A stretch of DNA of 64,000 bases, taken from contig JBEKFP010000003.1 of assembly GCA_050013255.1 (NCBI GenBank), positions 187,434-251,433 on the forward strand, written 5' to 3'. Under the pieces are notes generated by a model that made no database searches, was not told the DNA's origin, and was given only the letters and a program-made list of their open reading frames with translations. Positions within the stretch are counted from its first letter, which is position 1; every line of letters starts with the position of its first letter. Shown here one piece after another: positions 1-9,665 of this stretch. Both the position numbers and the translations under genes were made by a program. This DNA comes from Candidatus Bathyarchaeia archaeon (GTDB lineage Archaea; Thermoproteota; Bathyarchaeia; 40CM-2-53-6).

Positions 1-1603
1 GCAAGAAGCTGACCTCAGTCACGTGTTTGGCGCGGGTATACAATCCGTCACGGAGCACCACCGCTGACACTGGGTCTATGTACAGTTCTGAGACTCGCCG
101 GCCGAACTTCGTGGCCTTCAAATCTTCGCCCTCGAATTCAACCATCTGCTCCCTATGAAGGAAAGAAAGTATGTCGCCGAGTTTTCCCTTAATCATCTTA
201 GGGTCGTATTGGAAAGCATAGAAGGTCTTCGCGAAAAATCTAGTTAATCCATCCTCAGTGTTGGCGAAATGCGTGGCGATGGTAGCCAAGACGTGAGGTC
301 TGAGAACTTTCTCAGCCCCCAGCTTCGACCAGATTCTTTCAGGTTCTGCGAGGGCGTAGTTCTTCAGGAGGTAGTCCTGTTCATCTTCTGTTTTGGCAAT
401 GAGAATAGCCTCACCATACTTGTCGTACTTCGGCCTACCCGCCCGGCCACAAAACTGCTTATACTCCAAGACCGAAATTGGGTAACGCCCGTACCCAGCT
501 TCATACCTTTCGTAGCTGCTTATGATCACCGTTCTCGCGGGTAGGTTTACTCCCGCAGCCAATGTCGGGGTTGCCGAGAGAATTTTCAGCCGGCCAGCCT
601 TGAACGCATCCTCAATAAGCTTACGATGGGCACCCGGCAAACCTGCGTGGTGGAAGGCCACGCCATTCAGCGCTTGTTCCGCCAAAACGTCCCCTAGACG
701 TGTCCTTTCGCCGGTGGCGAGAATTCTTTGGGCAAGGTTTTCCAGACCCCTATGGTCCGGCCTAGGCATGTGCCTTCTGAGAAGTGCCGCAGCTTTCTTA
801 CCCATTTCCACAGCTGAGCGCCGGGTTTCAGCGAAGATTAGAACTTGACCGCCGTCCCGCACTACTTCAAGCGCTGTGTCAAAAATCGGATTCATGTCAG
901 TGTGTGGGATGAAGCGCGAGGACCCATCCTTGAATTGAATTTGGCCATCACAATAGACGCCTTCCCTGAGTGGGACGGGCCGCCACTCCGTAGTAATCGG
1001 GATGCCTTTGAGCCACTCACCAATCTCCGTTGCGTTCTTGATGGTCGCGCTCAAAGCTATGATTTGGATTTGTGGGTTGAGTTTGAGTAACCGGGTTATT
1101 ACGACCTCAAGGGTCGGGCCCCTGTCGGCTTCAGTGATGAGGTGAATTTCATCGGCGACAACTACCGATACGTCCGCAATCCAGGGTGAGCGGTGTCTTA
1201 GGAGTGAATCGGCTTTCTCGTTTGTACAAATGATGACGTCGTAGTTGGCGAGGTATATGTCAGAGCTATCGTAGTCCCCGCTAGTAACGGCTACTCTTAC
1301 CTTTCGGCCTGGTGCTTTTTCAACGGATGTATACTTTTGGAAGTCTTCGTACTTCTCACTCGCCAGCGCTCGCAACGGTGTGAGGTATAGGGCTTTTCCG
1401 CCCTTCTCCACTATCGACTTGAGAACTACCATTTCTGCGACAAGCGTCTTTCCAGAGGCCGTTGGGCTTGCCAGAACGATGTTCTTGCCCTTCAATGCCC
1501 CAGCTTTGATAGCATCCTCTTGGGGAGGGTACAGTATGTCGTAGCCGGCCTTAGCCAGGACGGCCTTAACAGAGTCTGGGATGGCTAGTTCGTCAACCCG
1601 CAA
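1..1603 (-). CDS. hel308: Hel308/Ski2-type superfamily-2 DNA helicase (N-terminal ~534 aa; C-terminus lies beyond the window start)
   Basis: Not in the ORF track because it runs off the window. My reverse-strand translation from TTG at 1603 reads MRVDELAIPDSVKAVLAKAGYDILYPPQEDAI... It has Walker A ASPTASGKT, DEIH box VVADEIHLI, SAT (ALSATI), FHHAGL, LAAGVNLPAR and motif VI QFCGRAGRP. The + ORFs 269-1090 are antisense to it. Confidence 0.8.
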   Translation of the reverse strand, partial: MRVDELAIPDSVKAVLAKAGYDILYPPQEDAIKAGALKGKNIVLASPTASGKTLVAEMVVLKSIVEKGGKALYLTPLRALASEKYEDFQKYTSVEKAPGRKVRVAVTSGDYDSSDIYLANYDVIICTNEKADSLLRHRSPWIADVSVVVADEIHLITEADRGPTLEVVITRLLKLNPQIQIIALSATIKNATEIGEWLKGIPITTEWRPVPLREGVYCDGQIQFKDGSSRFIPHTDMNPIFDTALEVVRDGGQVLIFAETRRSAVEMGKKAAALLRRHMPRPDHRGLENLAQRILATGERTRLGDVLAEQALNGVAFHHAGLPGAHRKLIEDAFKAGRLKILSATPTLAAGVNLPARTVIISSYERYEAGYGRYPISVLEYKQFCGRAGRPKYDKYGEAILIAKTEDEQDYLLKNYALAEPERIWSKLGAEKVLRPHVLATIATHFANTEDGLTRFFAKTFYAFQYDPKMIKGKLGDILSFLHREQMVEFEGEDLKATKFGRRVSELYIDPVSAVVLRDGLYTRAKHVTEVSFL

Positions 1604-1619
1604 TGCAGGGAGGCCTCTG

Positions 1620-3662
1620 TCAAGCAGCTGTTCGCTTCAAGTGGCCAGGTTTGGGCGAGTAAAGTATTCCTTCCTTGACTAATTGATCGACCAGCCTTCT
1701 TGCGTCTTCGTCTGTTACGTCAACCTTCCGCGAAAGTGCCTGGTACAGCGTCGAGTCTTCGACGATTCCCAACTGCTTCTCCAAATCAGCGAAGGTGCTC
1801 AGGACCACCTGCATCTTATCTCTCAAGCTCTTTGGCTTGCCCGTCATTATGACATCAATGTCCATCTTCCCAGTAGTCGTGTCGATGCCCACATCCTGCA
1901 GTGATAGGGTCATCAGCCGAATTATACTGCGGGCGTCCTCAGCTTCAACACGGTCACGCAAAAAGCTCCTAGCCCTTGCTTCAGCCAACCTAACTAACGC
2001 TTCGAGCTGTCTAGGTGTTATGACAAGGGGTGATTCTGTTGAGCCCGACATTGAACGCATCTTAAGGTAATACTGCCTAATCTCATTTACAGCCTCTTCA
2101 GACAGGACTGGTTCGACGCGCTTGGCGTACGCAATATACTTGCGTAGGAGGTCCGGAAGGAGTGGTGGTTCCTCCGGAGTAGTCTTCAGCCTGTGAAGGG
2201 TTAGTATGTGTTCCGACATTCTTCTGTCCGAGTCGGGTTCTGGAACATCTTTCATAATGAAGAGTAGGTCGAAACGGGTCAGTAACGTTACGGGTAGGCT
2301 AATGTTATCCGTGATGTTCCGGTATGGGTCATATCTCCCCAAACTTGGGTTGGCAGCCGCGAGGACGGCGGCCCTGGCGTTCAGGGTTGCAACGATCCCT
2401 CCCTTGGCTACGCTGACCGTGTGCTGCTCAAGCACTTCGTGTATCGCCACTCGATCTTCTGGGCGCATCTTGTCGATTTCGTCGATGCAAGCGACCCCTT
2501 TATCGGCCAGAACCAGGGCGCCAGCTTCTAGCACCATTCCTCCCGATTTTTCGCGGACTACCGCGGCGGTTAAGCCTGCGGCTGTTGTGCCGCGGCCGCT
2601 TGTGTATAGCCCTCGGGGTGCGATTCTTGCAACGTATTGTAGCAACTGACTTTTCGCCACTCCCGGGTCTCCCACGAGGAGAACGTTGATCTCGCTTCGT
2701 ATCGATACACCATCAGGGAGTCGTTTGGGCACTCCCCCAAAGAGGAGGTACAGGACGGCCTCTTTGATATCCCCGTAACCGTAAATGGAAGGGGCTAATG
2801 AGGCGATTAGCTTACGGTGGATGAACGGGTCTTTTGCCAGTTCCCTTATCAGCCTCTCATCCTCAGGCGTTATTTCTACAACCGCAACTTCCTTCCCCAT
2901 GATGTCAACATAGTTAGCGTCGAGCAGAAGCTCGAATGTTCGGAGCCTCGCCTTTCGGCCAGCGAACTCTTGCTGCGCCCGCGCAATACCTATTATTGAT
3001 ACGCGGTCGCCAGGGCGGGCGATGTCGACTAGGTCCTCCGAAAGTTTGATGTCAACTGCCCTCGGTAGCTGGCCGGGGGGAAGGTCTTCAGGCCTCTCCT
3101 GAATGCGGATTTCCTGAGAGTTCATGAAGGTCGACATTTTCTCCATGAATTCAAAAATCTTCGAGCGACAATGGGCGCAGACTCCGGGCCCGCGCATCAA
3201 TGTTCCTGCCTGTTCGACATAGCTCATGGCGTTGCACTTACGGCATTGGAAGGCTGCTTTGAGGAGCAAAGGTTTGACGGATGTTGATCGGACGATTATG
3301 CCATCGATCGATAGCAACCGGCCAATGTTTTCCGAGCCGATCTTACGTAGGGAATGTTTCTCCGGCAGTTTTCTAAAGCGAACACGAAGACGTTTTATGA
3401 TCTCAGCGTATTCAGGGTCTTCGATCTTGAGTTGCGCCCAGGCGCTTCGGTCTAAGTATTCTAAGTACTCGTCGGGTTTATCGAGAATGGAGCGGGCGAG
3501 GTCTGCATCGTGGGCTATGAGGTCTTCAAAATCAACAATGATTGATCTAAAGCCGGAGAGGGCTACGTGGCCTAGGCGCTTTCTGTATTTGTACTCCTCG
3601 TCAGCCATGAAAGTCCTGAGGAAGTCTTGGAAACGTTCCTCGGGGTTTTCGAGTGTGGTCAA
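1620..3662 (-). CDS. mcm: MCM replicative helicase
   Basis: 680 aa. Zn finger CRKCN..CAHCRS, Walker A GDPGVAKS, Walker B ACIDEIDKM, arginine-finger region SRFDLLF, C-terminal winged helix. Confidence 0.95.
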   Translation of the reverse strand: MTTLENPEERFQDFLRTFMADEEYKYRKRLGHVALSGFRSIIVDFEDLIAHDADLARSILDKPDEYLEYLDRSAWAQLKIEDPEYAEIIKRLRVRFRKLPEKHSLRKIGSENIGRLLSIDGIIVRSTSVKPLLLKAAFQCRKCNAMSYVEQAGTLMRGPGVCAHCRSKIFEFMEKMSTFMNSQEIRIQERPEDLPPGQLPRAVDIKLSEDLVDIARPGDRVSIIGIARAQQEFAGRKARLRTFELLLDANYVDIMGKEVAVVEITPEDERLIRELAKDPFIHRKLIASLAPSIYGYGDIKEAVLYLLFGGVPKRLPDGVSIRSEINVLLVGDPGVAKSQLLQYVARIAPRGLYTSGRGTTAAGLTAAVVREKSGGMVLEAGALVLADKGVACIDEIDKMRPEDRVAIHEVLEQHTVSVAKGGIVATLNARAAVLAAANPSLGRYDPYRNITDNISLPVTLLTRFDLLFIMKDVPEPDSDRRMSEHILTLHRLKTTPEEPPLLPDLLRKYIAYAKRVEPVLSEEAVNEIRQYYLKMRSMSGSTESPLVITPRQLEALVRLAEARARSFLRDRVEAEDARSIIRLMTLSLQDVGIDTTTGKMDIDVIMTGKPKSLRDKMQVVLSTFADLEKQLGIVEDSTLYQALSRKVDVTDEDARRLVDQLVKEGILYSPKPGHLKRTAA

Positions 3663-4219
3663 GCCTTCAATTCCTGTCCAAGAAGTTTAGATTTCCAATT
3701 CTCAATGGTTTTGTTCAGAGTAGAATAGAGAACCCGTTCTTCGTACGTCAAACCCTGAATGACTTCCTCTGAGGGTGTCGGGGAGGCCGCAATGGAAACT
3801 ATCTTTCGAAGCCTGCAATTGACGATGTCGCGTACCAAGCTTTCACTTCTTTCAAGTTCCCGAAGCTTTACTTGGTCTTGTTTGCTCGTCTGATGGAGTT
3901 CAGCTAAGTGCCGCCTGAGTAGGCAGTAGAAGTTTGCCTGCAGTGCTGGCAATTGCCTTGACGCTGGAATGGTCTCCCTCCAGTGAATTTTCGACAACGA
4001 ATTATAGGTGAGAACATCCTCCTCTCTGAATCTTGCGTATCCTAATTGGACGAGTTCCTTCGCGGTCCAATATGGAACTACAACTTCTTGCCCAACTTTC
4101 GCGGAGGACAGTTTCGCCATCCTGGGTGTTTCGGGCAACTCCCGGGTCACAACTACCCGGAACTGAGAGTTTTCAAAATCAAAGTCAACGTCGTCGACTG
4201 ACATCAAGGCTTCTGCCAA
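3659..4219 (-). CDS. GINS subunit, Gins23-like domain order (beta-rich B-domain first, helical A-domain second)
   Basis: 186 aa. Its stop overlaps the mcm start by 4 nt. The N-terminal beta-rich part (VGQEVVVPYWTAKELVQLGYARF) is followed by a helical part (LPALQANFYCLLRRHL). A gins23-mcm operon is known in Sulfolobus. The call rests on weak similarity plus context. Confidence 0.55.
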   Translation of the reverse strand: MAEALMSVDDVDFDFENSQFRVVVTRELPETPRMAKLSSAKVGQEVVVPYWTAKELVQLGYARFREEDVLTYNSLSKIHWRETIPASRQLPALQANFYCLLRRHLAELHQTSKQDQVKLRELERSESLVRDIVNCRLRKIVSIAASPTPSEEVIQGLTYEERVLYSTLNKTIENWKSKLLGQELKA

Positions 4220-4296
4220 GAATGAACCACCAAACCAATAACCCGCCCTTTTCCAAGTTAAATGCTTAACTCGAATTCTTTTTGCTATTCAGTCGA

Positions 4297-4440
4297 GATT
4301 TCCATTGGAGCGACAAACGCGATGGGAGAGGAGGCTGAAAGTGTAATGGACGTTTTCACATGCAGCCTAAGCACGCCTTCCGGAGTGGGCCAAGGCTTTT
4401 GAAGGTGGGTTGTAAACTTTAGTTGCACTGGAAATCGAAC
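4297..4440. promoter_or_regulatory. Inverted pair of ORB-like boxes in the divergent GINS-MCM / RFC intergenic region
   Basis: GATTTCCATTGGAGCG at 4297-4312 (reverse complement CGCTCCAATGGAAATC) and GCACTGGAAATCGAAC at 4425-4440. They share CA.TGGAAATC in inverted orientation. This resembles the archaeal ORB core TCCAGTGGAAAC. Confidence 0.3.
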
Positions 4441-4484
4441 GTGTGATTGAACGCGGTGGAGAAACATTGAGCCAAGGGGATGTC

Positions 4485-5447
4485 ATGTGGATCGAAAAGT
4501 ATAGACCCAAGTCTCTCGACGAGGTCTTCAACCAAAAGGAAACGGTAGAAGGAATCAGAGCGTTACTGAAAACGCCTGCAACGATGCCCCATTTTCTTCT
4601 TGCGGGCCCCCCAGGAACTGGAAAAAGCACGGTTGCTCTTTGTGTGGCCCGGCAATTGATGGGTGAAAGTTTTCGCAGCCTAGTCTTGGAGTTGAATGCC
4701 TCAGATGAGCGCGGAATCGGTGTTGTTCGCGAGCGGATCAAAGGGTTCTCTCAGATAATTCAGTCCACCCCGTCAGGGGTTCAATTCGGCCTTGTCATCC
4801 TTGACGAATGCGATGAGATGACCCGGGACGCCCAAACTGCGCTTAGGAGAATCATGGAGACGTCGTCCAGAACCTGCCGCTTCATACTCATCTGTAACTA
4901 TCAGAGTGGCATCATAGAGCCTATCCAAAGCCGATGTTCTGTCTTCCGGTTTAGGCGATTGGAGAAAGCGGAAGCTGTCGAATATCTAACGAAGGTCTGC
5001 AAATCTGAAGGAGTAGACGCAGATTCAAGGGCTGTTGAACGCATTTTCGAAATCTCGGAGGGTGACCTCCGAAGAGCGGTTAACTACCTTCAAGTCGCTG
5101 CGACGAGCACGAGGGGCGGAAAACTGGACTTAAAGGCACTCGACAAGACGGTGCCGGAGGCCCAGAGCGAGCTTATCAGTGAAATGTTAAAGCTCGCCCT
5201 CCAAGGCGAATTCATGAAGTCACGAGACGTGATGTATGAGCTAATGGGTAAACACGGCGTCAGCGGAAGAGAAATCATCCGTGGAGCGAACCGGGAGGTC
5301 AGCCGCATACCAGAAACTACGGCCGATAAGCAGGCTGAGATTGTGCGTGCCCTCGGTGAATGTGATTTTAGGTTGACGCAGGGTGCGAATGAGGATATTC
5401 AACTCAGCGCCATGTTGGCCCAGTTGAGCCTGATTGGAAGAAAGTAG
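4485..5447 (+). CDS. rfcS: Replication factor C small subunit
   Basis: The ORF opens at 4443. The preferred start is MWIEKYRP at 4485, the canonical RFC N-terminus. Walker A GPPGTGKST, Walker B ILDECDEM, SRC motif QSRCSVFRF. Confidence 0.9.
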   Translation: MWIEKYRPKSLDEVFNQKETVEGIRALLKTPATMPHFLLAGPPGTGKSTVALCVARQLMGESFRSLVLELNASDERGIGVVRERIKGFSQIIQSTPSGVQFGLVILDECDEMTRDAQTALRRIMETSSRTCRFILICNYQSGIIEPIQSRCSVFRFRRLEKAEAVEYLTKVCKSEGVDADSRAVERIFEISEGDLRRAVNYLQVAATSTRGGKLDLKALDKTVPEAQSELISEMLKLALQGEFMKSRDVMYELMGKHGVSGREIIRGANREVSRIPETTADKQAEIVRALGECDFRLTQGANEDIQLSAMLAQLSLIGRK

Positions 5448-7242
5448 CGTGCAAGCGCTTCAAAGTGTCGCTTGGACAGAGAAGTACCGCCCCCTGTCCA
5501 CAGCTGCACTTCTGGGCAACGAGGAATCGGTTGAGGTATTCAAGGCCTGGATGAAGCAATGGACCTTGAAGAAAAAACCCACGAAGGCATGCCTCCTAGT
5601 CGGGCCGCCTGGTGTAGGAAAAACAACGCTCGCCAGAGCCGCCGGGAACGATTTCCAGTTCCGAGTCCTCGAAATGAATGCAAGCGACATCCGGACTGAG
5701 AAAGCCATCAAAAACTTCCTCGCTCCCGCAAGATCATCTGTAACGCTCGACAGCTTCACCGCCGACAGTCGAGGAAATATGATTCTCATGGACGAGGTGG
5801 ATGGTGTTTTTGGGCGGGAAGACCGCGGAGGGTTGGGAGCGATTCTTTCAGTAATCAAACAGTCGCCCGTGCCAATTGTCCTGACGGCTAACAATGTCGA
5901 CGACGAAAAGTTTGACGACCTCAAGAAAGCCTGCATTGTCGTCCCGCTTGTTGAAATTCGCCCTCGGCTACTGCTGCTGCTAATCAACCATATACTGGCC
6001 GAAGAGGGACGCTCAGTTCCTGAAAAGGCAAGGAGACGAATTGCCAGCGAAAGTCAAGGGGACATAAGATCCGCGATCAATGACATTCAAACCATCGCAA
6101 CCAGCGGCGCCTTTAACTTGCGCCAGGAACGAACGAGGGAGCTAGATGAAAAAGGCACGTTAAGGGGGCTATTTGCTTCTCGAGGAGTAAGCGAAGCCAG
6201 ACGCGCCCTCAACGAGACTGAGATTCCACTTTACCGCGACGAACTGCTCCTGCTGATTCACGACCTACTACCGTACCTGTACACTACGCCCATCAAATTG
6301 GCGAAAGCCTACGACAGCCTCTCCCGCGCTGACATTGGATATGGCAGGGTTGGTGCGAGCCGTTCCCGTGGCATGATGCCGCCTCCATTCAACCAGCCGC
6401 GCAGGGACGCGGTCCCAGAATGGAACCTTCTGCCCGTCGCACTGAACGAATTGGCCTCGGTGGGAACGGAACCAGTGGATAACGACACAGAGCATGCGAT
6501 GGATGTAGCCCCACTGCTCTCGAGGAAAATTGTTGATCGTTACCAGTACCGACTCTGGGCGTTGGACCACCTGTCCGGCAGAATAGCCAGGGCGTGCCAC
6601 ATGTCGAAACGCAAGGCGTTGCATGAAGTTGTTCCGTTCCTAGTTGCAATTTTCAGGTCTGATGGAGAGCGGGGTCGAGAAATTGCTCTGAGCTTGGAAG
6701 CAGAGGAGCGGGACATAGACTTCCTGGTTTCAGAATCTAAGACGCAAGCTGCTGTGAAGGGCCCTGGGGAGGTTCTAGATCCGACGGGCTTCAAGTTGCC
6801 GTACATGGGCAAGGACAAGTTCATCCAACTCATGCGAGCTGGCATCAGCTACGATAGGAGCGGCGGCAAGTTCGCTGTGCGTCGCCTCGACAACCTTGAT
6901 ACGGTTGAAGAAAGGGTGTCGGACATAATGGCGAGGCCTATCAAATTCCAGCGCCCTGAGCAAGCTGCAACAGAAGTTGAGGGCAAGGCCGTCAAGGAAT
7001 GCTTTGTGGACGATCAGAAAATCACCTGCGACGAATGTGATTTCGTTGAGAATTGCCCAACACACATAATCCCGTCCCTGAAGTTCTGTATCTGCGATCA
7101 AACGCTTTCGGACCCGACAGGTTATGAGAAGTACGTGGCAAAGAACGACATGGCTGCGAAACCGGTTAAAGCAGTTAAGCCGGTTAAGGCGGCCAAGACG
7201 GCAAAGGTGGCGAAGCGGGTTGTGGCCCGCAAAAAGGGTTAA
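5434..7242 (+). CDS. rfcL: Replication factor C large subunit with a Cys-rich, Lys-rich C-terminal extension
   Basis: WTEKYRP, GPPGVGKTT, LMDEVDG. A TTG start overlaps the rfcS stop; GTG at 5449 is an alternative. 602 aa. The tail has CFVDDQKITCDECDFVENCPTH...CIC and KPVKAVKPVKAAKTAKVAKRVVARKKG. Confidence 0.85.
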   Translation: MEESSVQALQSVAWTEKYRPLSTAALLGNEESVEVFKAWMKQWTLKKKPTKACLLVGPPGVGKTTLARAAGNDFQFRVLEMNASDIRTEKAIKNFLAPARSSVTLDSFTADSRGNMILMDEVDGVFGREDRGGLGAILSVIKQSPVPIVLTANNVDDEKFDDLKKACIVVPLVEIRPRLLLLLINHILAEEGRSVPEKARRRIASESQGDIRSAINDIQTIATSGAFNLRQERTRELDEKGTLRGLFASRGVSEARRALNETEIPLYRDELLLLIHDLLPYLYTTPIKLAKAYDSLSRADIGYGRVGASRSRGMMPPPFNQPRRDAVPEWNLLPVALNELASVGTEPVDNDTEHAMDVAPLLSRKIVDRYQYRLWALDHLSGRIARACHMSKRKALHEVVPFLVAIFRSDGERGREIALSLEAEERDIDFLVSESKTQAAVKGPGEVLDPTGFKLPYMGKDKFIQLMRAGISYDRSGGKFAVRRLDNLDTVEERVSDIMARPIKFQRPEQAATEVEGKAVKECFVDDQKITCDECDFVENCPTHIIPSLKFCICDQTLSDPTGYEKYVAKNDMAAKPVKAVKPVKAAKTAKVAKRVVARKKG

Positions 7243-7268
7243 CCTTGGAATGTTGATGGAAAATCCTG

Positions 7269-7802
7269 CTAATGTTCGTGAGCTATACTGATGATGTGCC
7301 CTAGTTCTGGAAGTATCAGTTTCTCCATGGCTGTTTGAACGGCATCCGGTGATCCTGGAAGGCAGAAGATCGCTTTTCCTTTGCTCGTCCCCGCGAATGC
7401 GCGGCTGAGAATAGCTGAAGAGCCGATACTTTCAAAGCTGATTTTCCTGAAGAGTTCTCCAAAACCGGGGATTATTCTGTCAACGAGCGGGGCGATGCTC
7501 TCTGGAGTCACGTCCCTCGGGGAGAGGCCCGTCCCACCAGTAATGATTACCGCGTCAACCTTGCTGGCTCGCAGGGCCTGTTTTGTTGCTTTGGTTATCA
7601 TGGGTTTGGAGTCGGAGATCAGCTTGCGCCCTTCAATTCTGTTGCCTGCCCCCACTGCAAGACGCTGAATAATATCTCCAGAGGCATCATCGGGCTCTTG
7701 ACCTGCCTTGAGTTGATTGAACTTTGACGTGCTGCAGGTTATGATGTAGATTGCGACCGACCTTGGCGCCGACGCCTTGTGGAGTTCCGGAACTTTGGCC
7801 AT
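7269..7802 (-). CDS. moaB: Molybdenum cofactor biosynthesis protein B (MoaB/MogA family)
   Basis: 177 aa with ITGGTGLSPRDVT and LPGSP motifs typical of MoaB/MogA. Confidence 0.85.
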   Translation of the reverse strand: MAKVPELHKASAPRSVAIYIITCSTSKFNQLKAGQEPDDASGDIIQRLAVGAGNRIEGRKLISDSKPMITKATKQALRASKVDAVIITGGTGLSPRDVTPESIAPLVDRIIPGFGELFRKISFESIGSSAILSRAFAGTSKGKAIFCLPGSPDAVQTAMEKLILPELGHIISIAHEH

Positions 7803-8246
7803 TTATCTTCGCTTAATTTTCTTTATCACTCTGATGTTCTCGATGGCAGTGTTTGGGTATTGGCCTTTCGCGTCCTTCTCGTACTGCTTTACCATATCCC
7901 AAACCGTAAGAAGGTAAGTTGCAGCAGCGGTTAGCGCCTCCATCTCAACCCCAGTCTTAGCCTGCCCCTTCACATATGATTCCACCTTCAACGCGTTTCC
8001 AACATAGGAGTGCTCGGTACGCACTGTTGTTATCGGAATCGAGTGGCAGAAAGGAAGCATCTGGGGCGTACTCTTCGCTGCCATGATTGCCGCCACCTCC
8101 GCCGCAGCAATGGCATCCCCCTTCCCAATCCTACCCGACCTAAGCCGCGCGATCGTGCCGGGCTTCAACCTAATCTCGCCCACCGCCGTAGCTTCCCTCA
8201 TAACCACTTCCTTTGGCGAGATGTCAACCATCGAAAAACGGCGCAT
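7803..8246 (-). CDS. moaC: Cyclic pyranopterin monophosphate synthase MoaC
   Basis: 147 aa with KGDAIAAAEVAAIMAAKSTPQMLPFCH and KTGVEMEALTAA, typical of MoaC. It directly abuts moaB. Confidence 0.9.
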   Translation of the reverse strand: MRRFSMVDISPKEVVMREATAVGEIRLKPGTIARLRSGRIGKGDAIAAAEVAAIMAAKSTPQMLPFCHSIPITTVRTEHSYVGNALKVESYVKGQAKTGVEMEALTAAATYLLTVWDMVKQYEKDAKGQYPNTAIENIRVIKKIKRR

Positions 8247-8327
8247 TCACCATCAACCCTCTTGCCCCACGTTAACGCCGCGCTAGCAAATTAGCTATTA
8301 TGCCCGGGGGGGATGGTACGAGCCGGT

Positions 8328-9578
8328 TTACTTTCGCTGTACGCGTTTCTTCCGACTTGTGGTTAGTGCGGCCTCTAGTTGTTCGCGCATAGTTGTGGCT
8401 GGTATGTTTTGTAGGCCGAGTAGGGTTGTTTTGCCGCGTACGCCTTCGCCTGATTTTGAGGCTGTTATTACGCCAATGGCGCCTAGGCCGCGGGCGTACT
8501 TCCAGATCTGGGTATGCTTTCTGGGTTTGTCATCGTACTCTTCACAAACAGCCTTGTACTCGCGTTCAACAACGCCTATAGTAGCGTAGGCTTCCTGTGA
8601 TTCCCCTAGAACCCTTGCTAAGGCTAGCAGCATGTATTTTTCGTGGGATGATAGGGCGGCGATGTATTCGCCCCTGAGCATCGGGTAAACGCTTCCGGCA
8701 GCCTTCCGCACATGGTCGGTTAGAATGTGCTTTGCACTTTCAGAGTCAGCGTATTTTCCGGCGCGCCAGAGTAGTTCGATTGAGTACCTGGCGTCACCGC
8801 TCTGCCCTCCTATGTCGGCGACGAGTTGAAGCGCCTCGTCGGCCACAACGTTCTCTTTGAAAGCTAAACCAACGCGGTCTTTGAGAATGTCAATTAGTTG
8901 GCGGGAATTGTACTTGTCGAGTTTAACGATATTCCGTTGCAGGGTGTCGATGGTGCTCTTGTCGAGTTTTTGCAGGTATTCAATCTCGCGGAGTATGAAG
9001 ATGAGTGAGAGCCGTATCGGTTTGCCAACCCTTTCCTCTTGGATGCGGGTTAGGTTGTAGATGGGCGTGGATTCTTCCACTCTGATTAGGTGTTCAAGTT
9101 CGTCGAGTGCGAGTATGAGGTGTATGTTCTTGTCGTCGAGCATGTCCATGAGGGTGTGGAGAAGTTCCTCGGGCGCGAAACCCCGCTTCGGAAATTCAGG
9201 TTCGAACTGAGTTAGGACTCGTTTTAGAATCATGAAGAGGCTGCCTTTCGCTTCGCGGCAGTTCACGTGAACGTAGTGAAGGTTGACCTTGCGGTTTCTC
9301 GCAGCCTTAACAAGGTCTGTCCCGAAACGTTGGGCGAGTACCGTCTTGCCGGTTCCCACGTCGCCCGTGATCAGGACGCGTTGGCTTGTGGAGAAGGGGC
9401 TGTCGAGCGTGAAGCGGAAGAGTTGGGTGAGAAAACGCATTTGCTCGTCGCGGTGGGGAAGCTTACGGGGCATGTATTCCAATGAGAGGGGCGTTTCGTC
9501 TTTGAAGACTGTGGGCCTTTCCAAAGTCTCCTTAACAATATCTGAAGACAATTGAACGAGAGCCCCTACTCTCGACAT
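8328..9578 (-). CDS. cdc6: Orc1/Cdc6 replication initiator
   Basis: 416 aa. Walker A GDVGTGKT, Walker B LILALDELE, AAA+ lid and C-terminal winged-helix region. Confidence 0.9.
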   Translation of the reverse strand: MSRVGALVQLSSDIVKETLERPTVFKDETPLSLEYMPRKLPHRDEQMRFLTQLFRFTLDSPFSTSQRVLITGDVGTGKTVLAQRFGTDLVKAARNRKVNLHYVHVNCREAKGSLFMILKRVLTQFEPEFPKRGFAPEELLHTLMDMLDDKNIHLILALDELEHLIRVEESTPIYNLTRIQEERVGKPIRLSLIFILREIEYLQKLDKSTIDTLQRNIVKLDKYNSRQLIDILKDRVGLAFKENVVADEALQLVADIGGQSGDARYSIELLWRAGKYADSESAKHILTDHVRKAAGSVYPMLRGEYIAALSSHEKYMLLALARVLGESQEAYATIGVVEREYKAVCEEYDDKPRKHTQIWKYARGLGAIGVITASKSGEGVRGKTTLLGLQNIPATTMREQLEAALTTSRKKRVQRK

Positions 9579-9665
9579 GGCTTAACCTACCCCCATCTTA
9601 TCTGCTTTTGTTCCCCAACACGATAAAAGCACGAGAGCCGGGTGAAACTGATTGACTACAATTCA

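Noticed and set aside
269-1090. Three + strand ORFs (269..544, 522..848, 845..1090)
   Set aside because: They are antisense to a continuous, motif-rich Hel308-type helicase reading frame on the minus strand. Their products are low-complexity with no motifs.
8247-9665. Replication origin immediately flanking orc1/cdc6
   Set aside because: The flanking intergenic regions are only about 80-90 bp. They contain no ORB-like repeats or AT-rich unwinding element that I could see.
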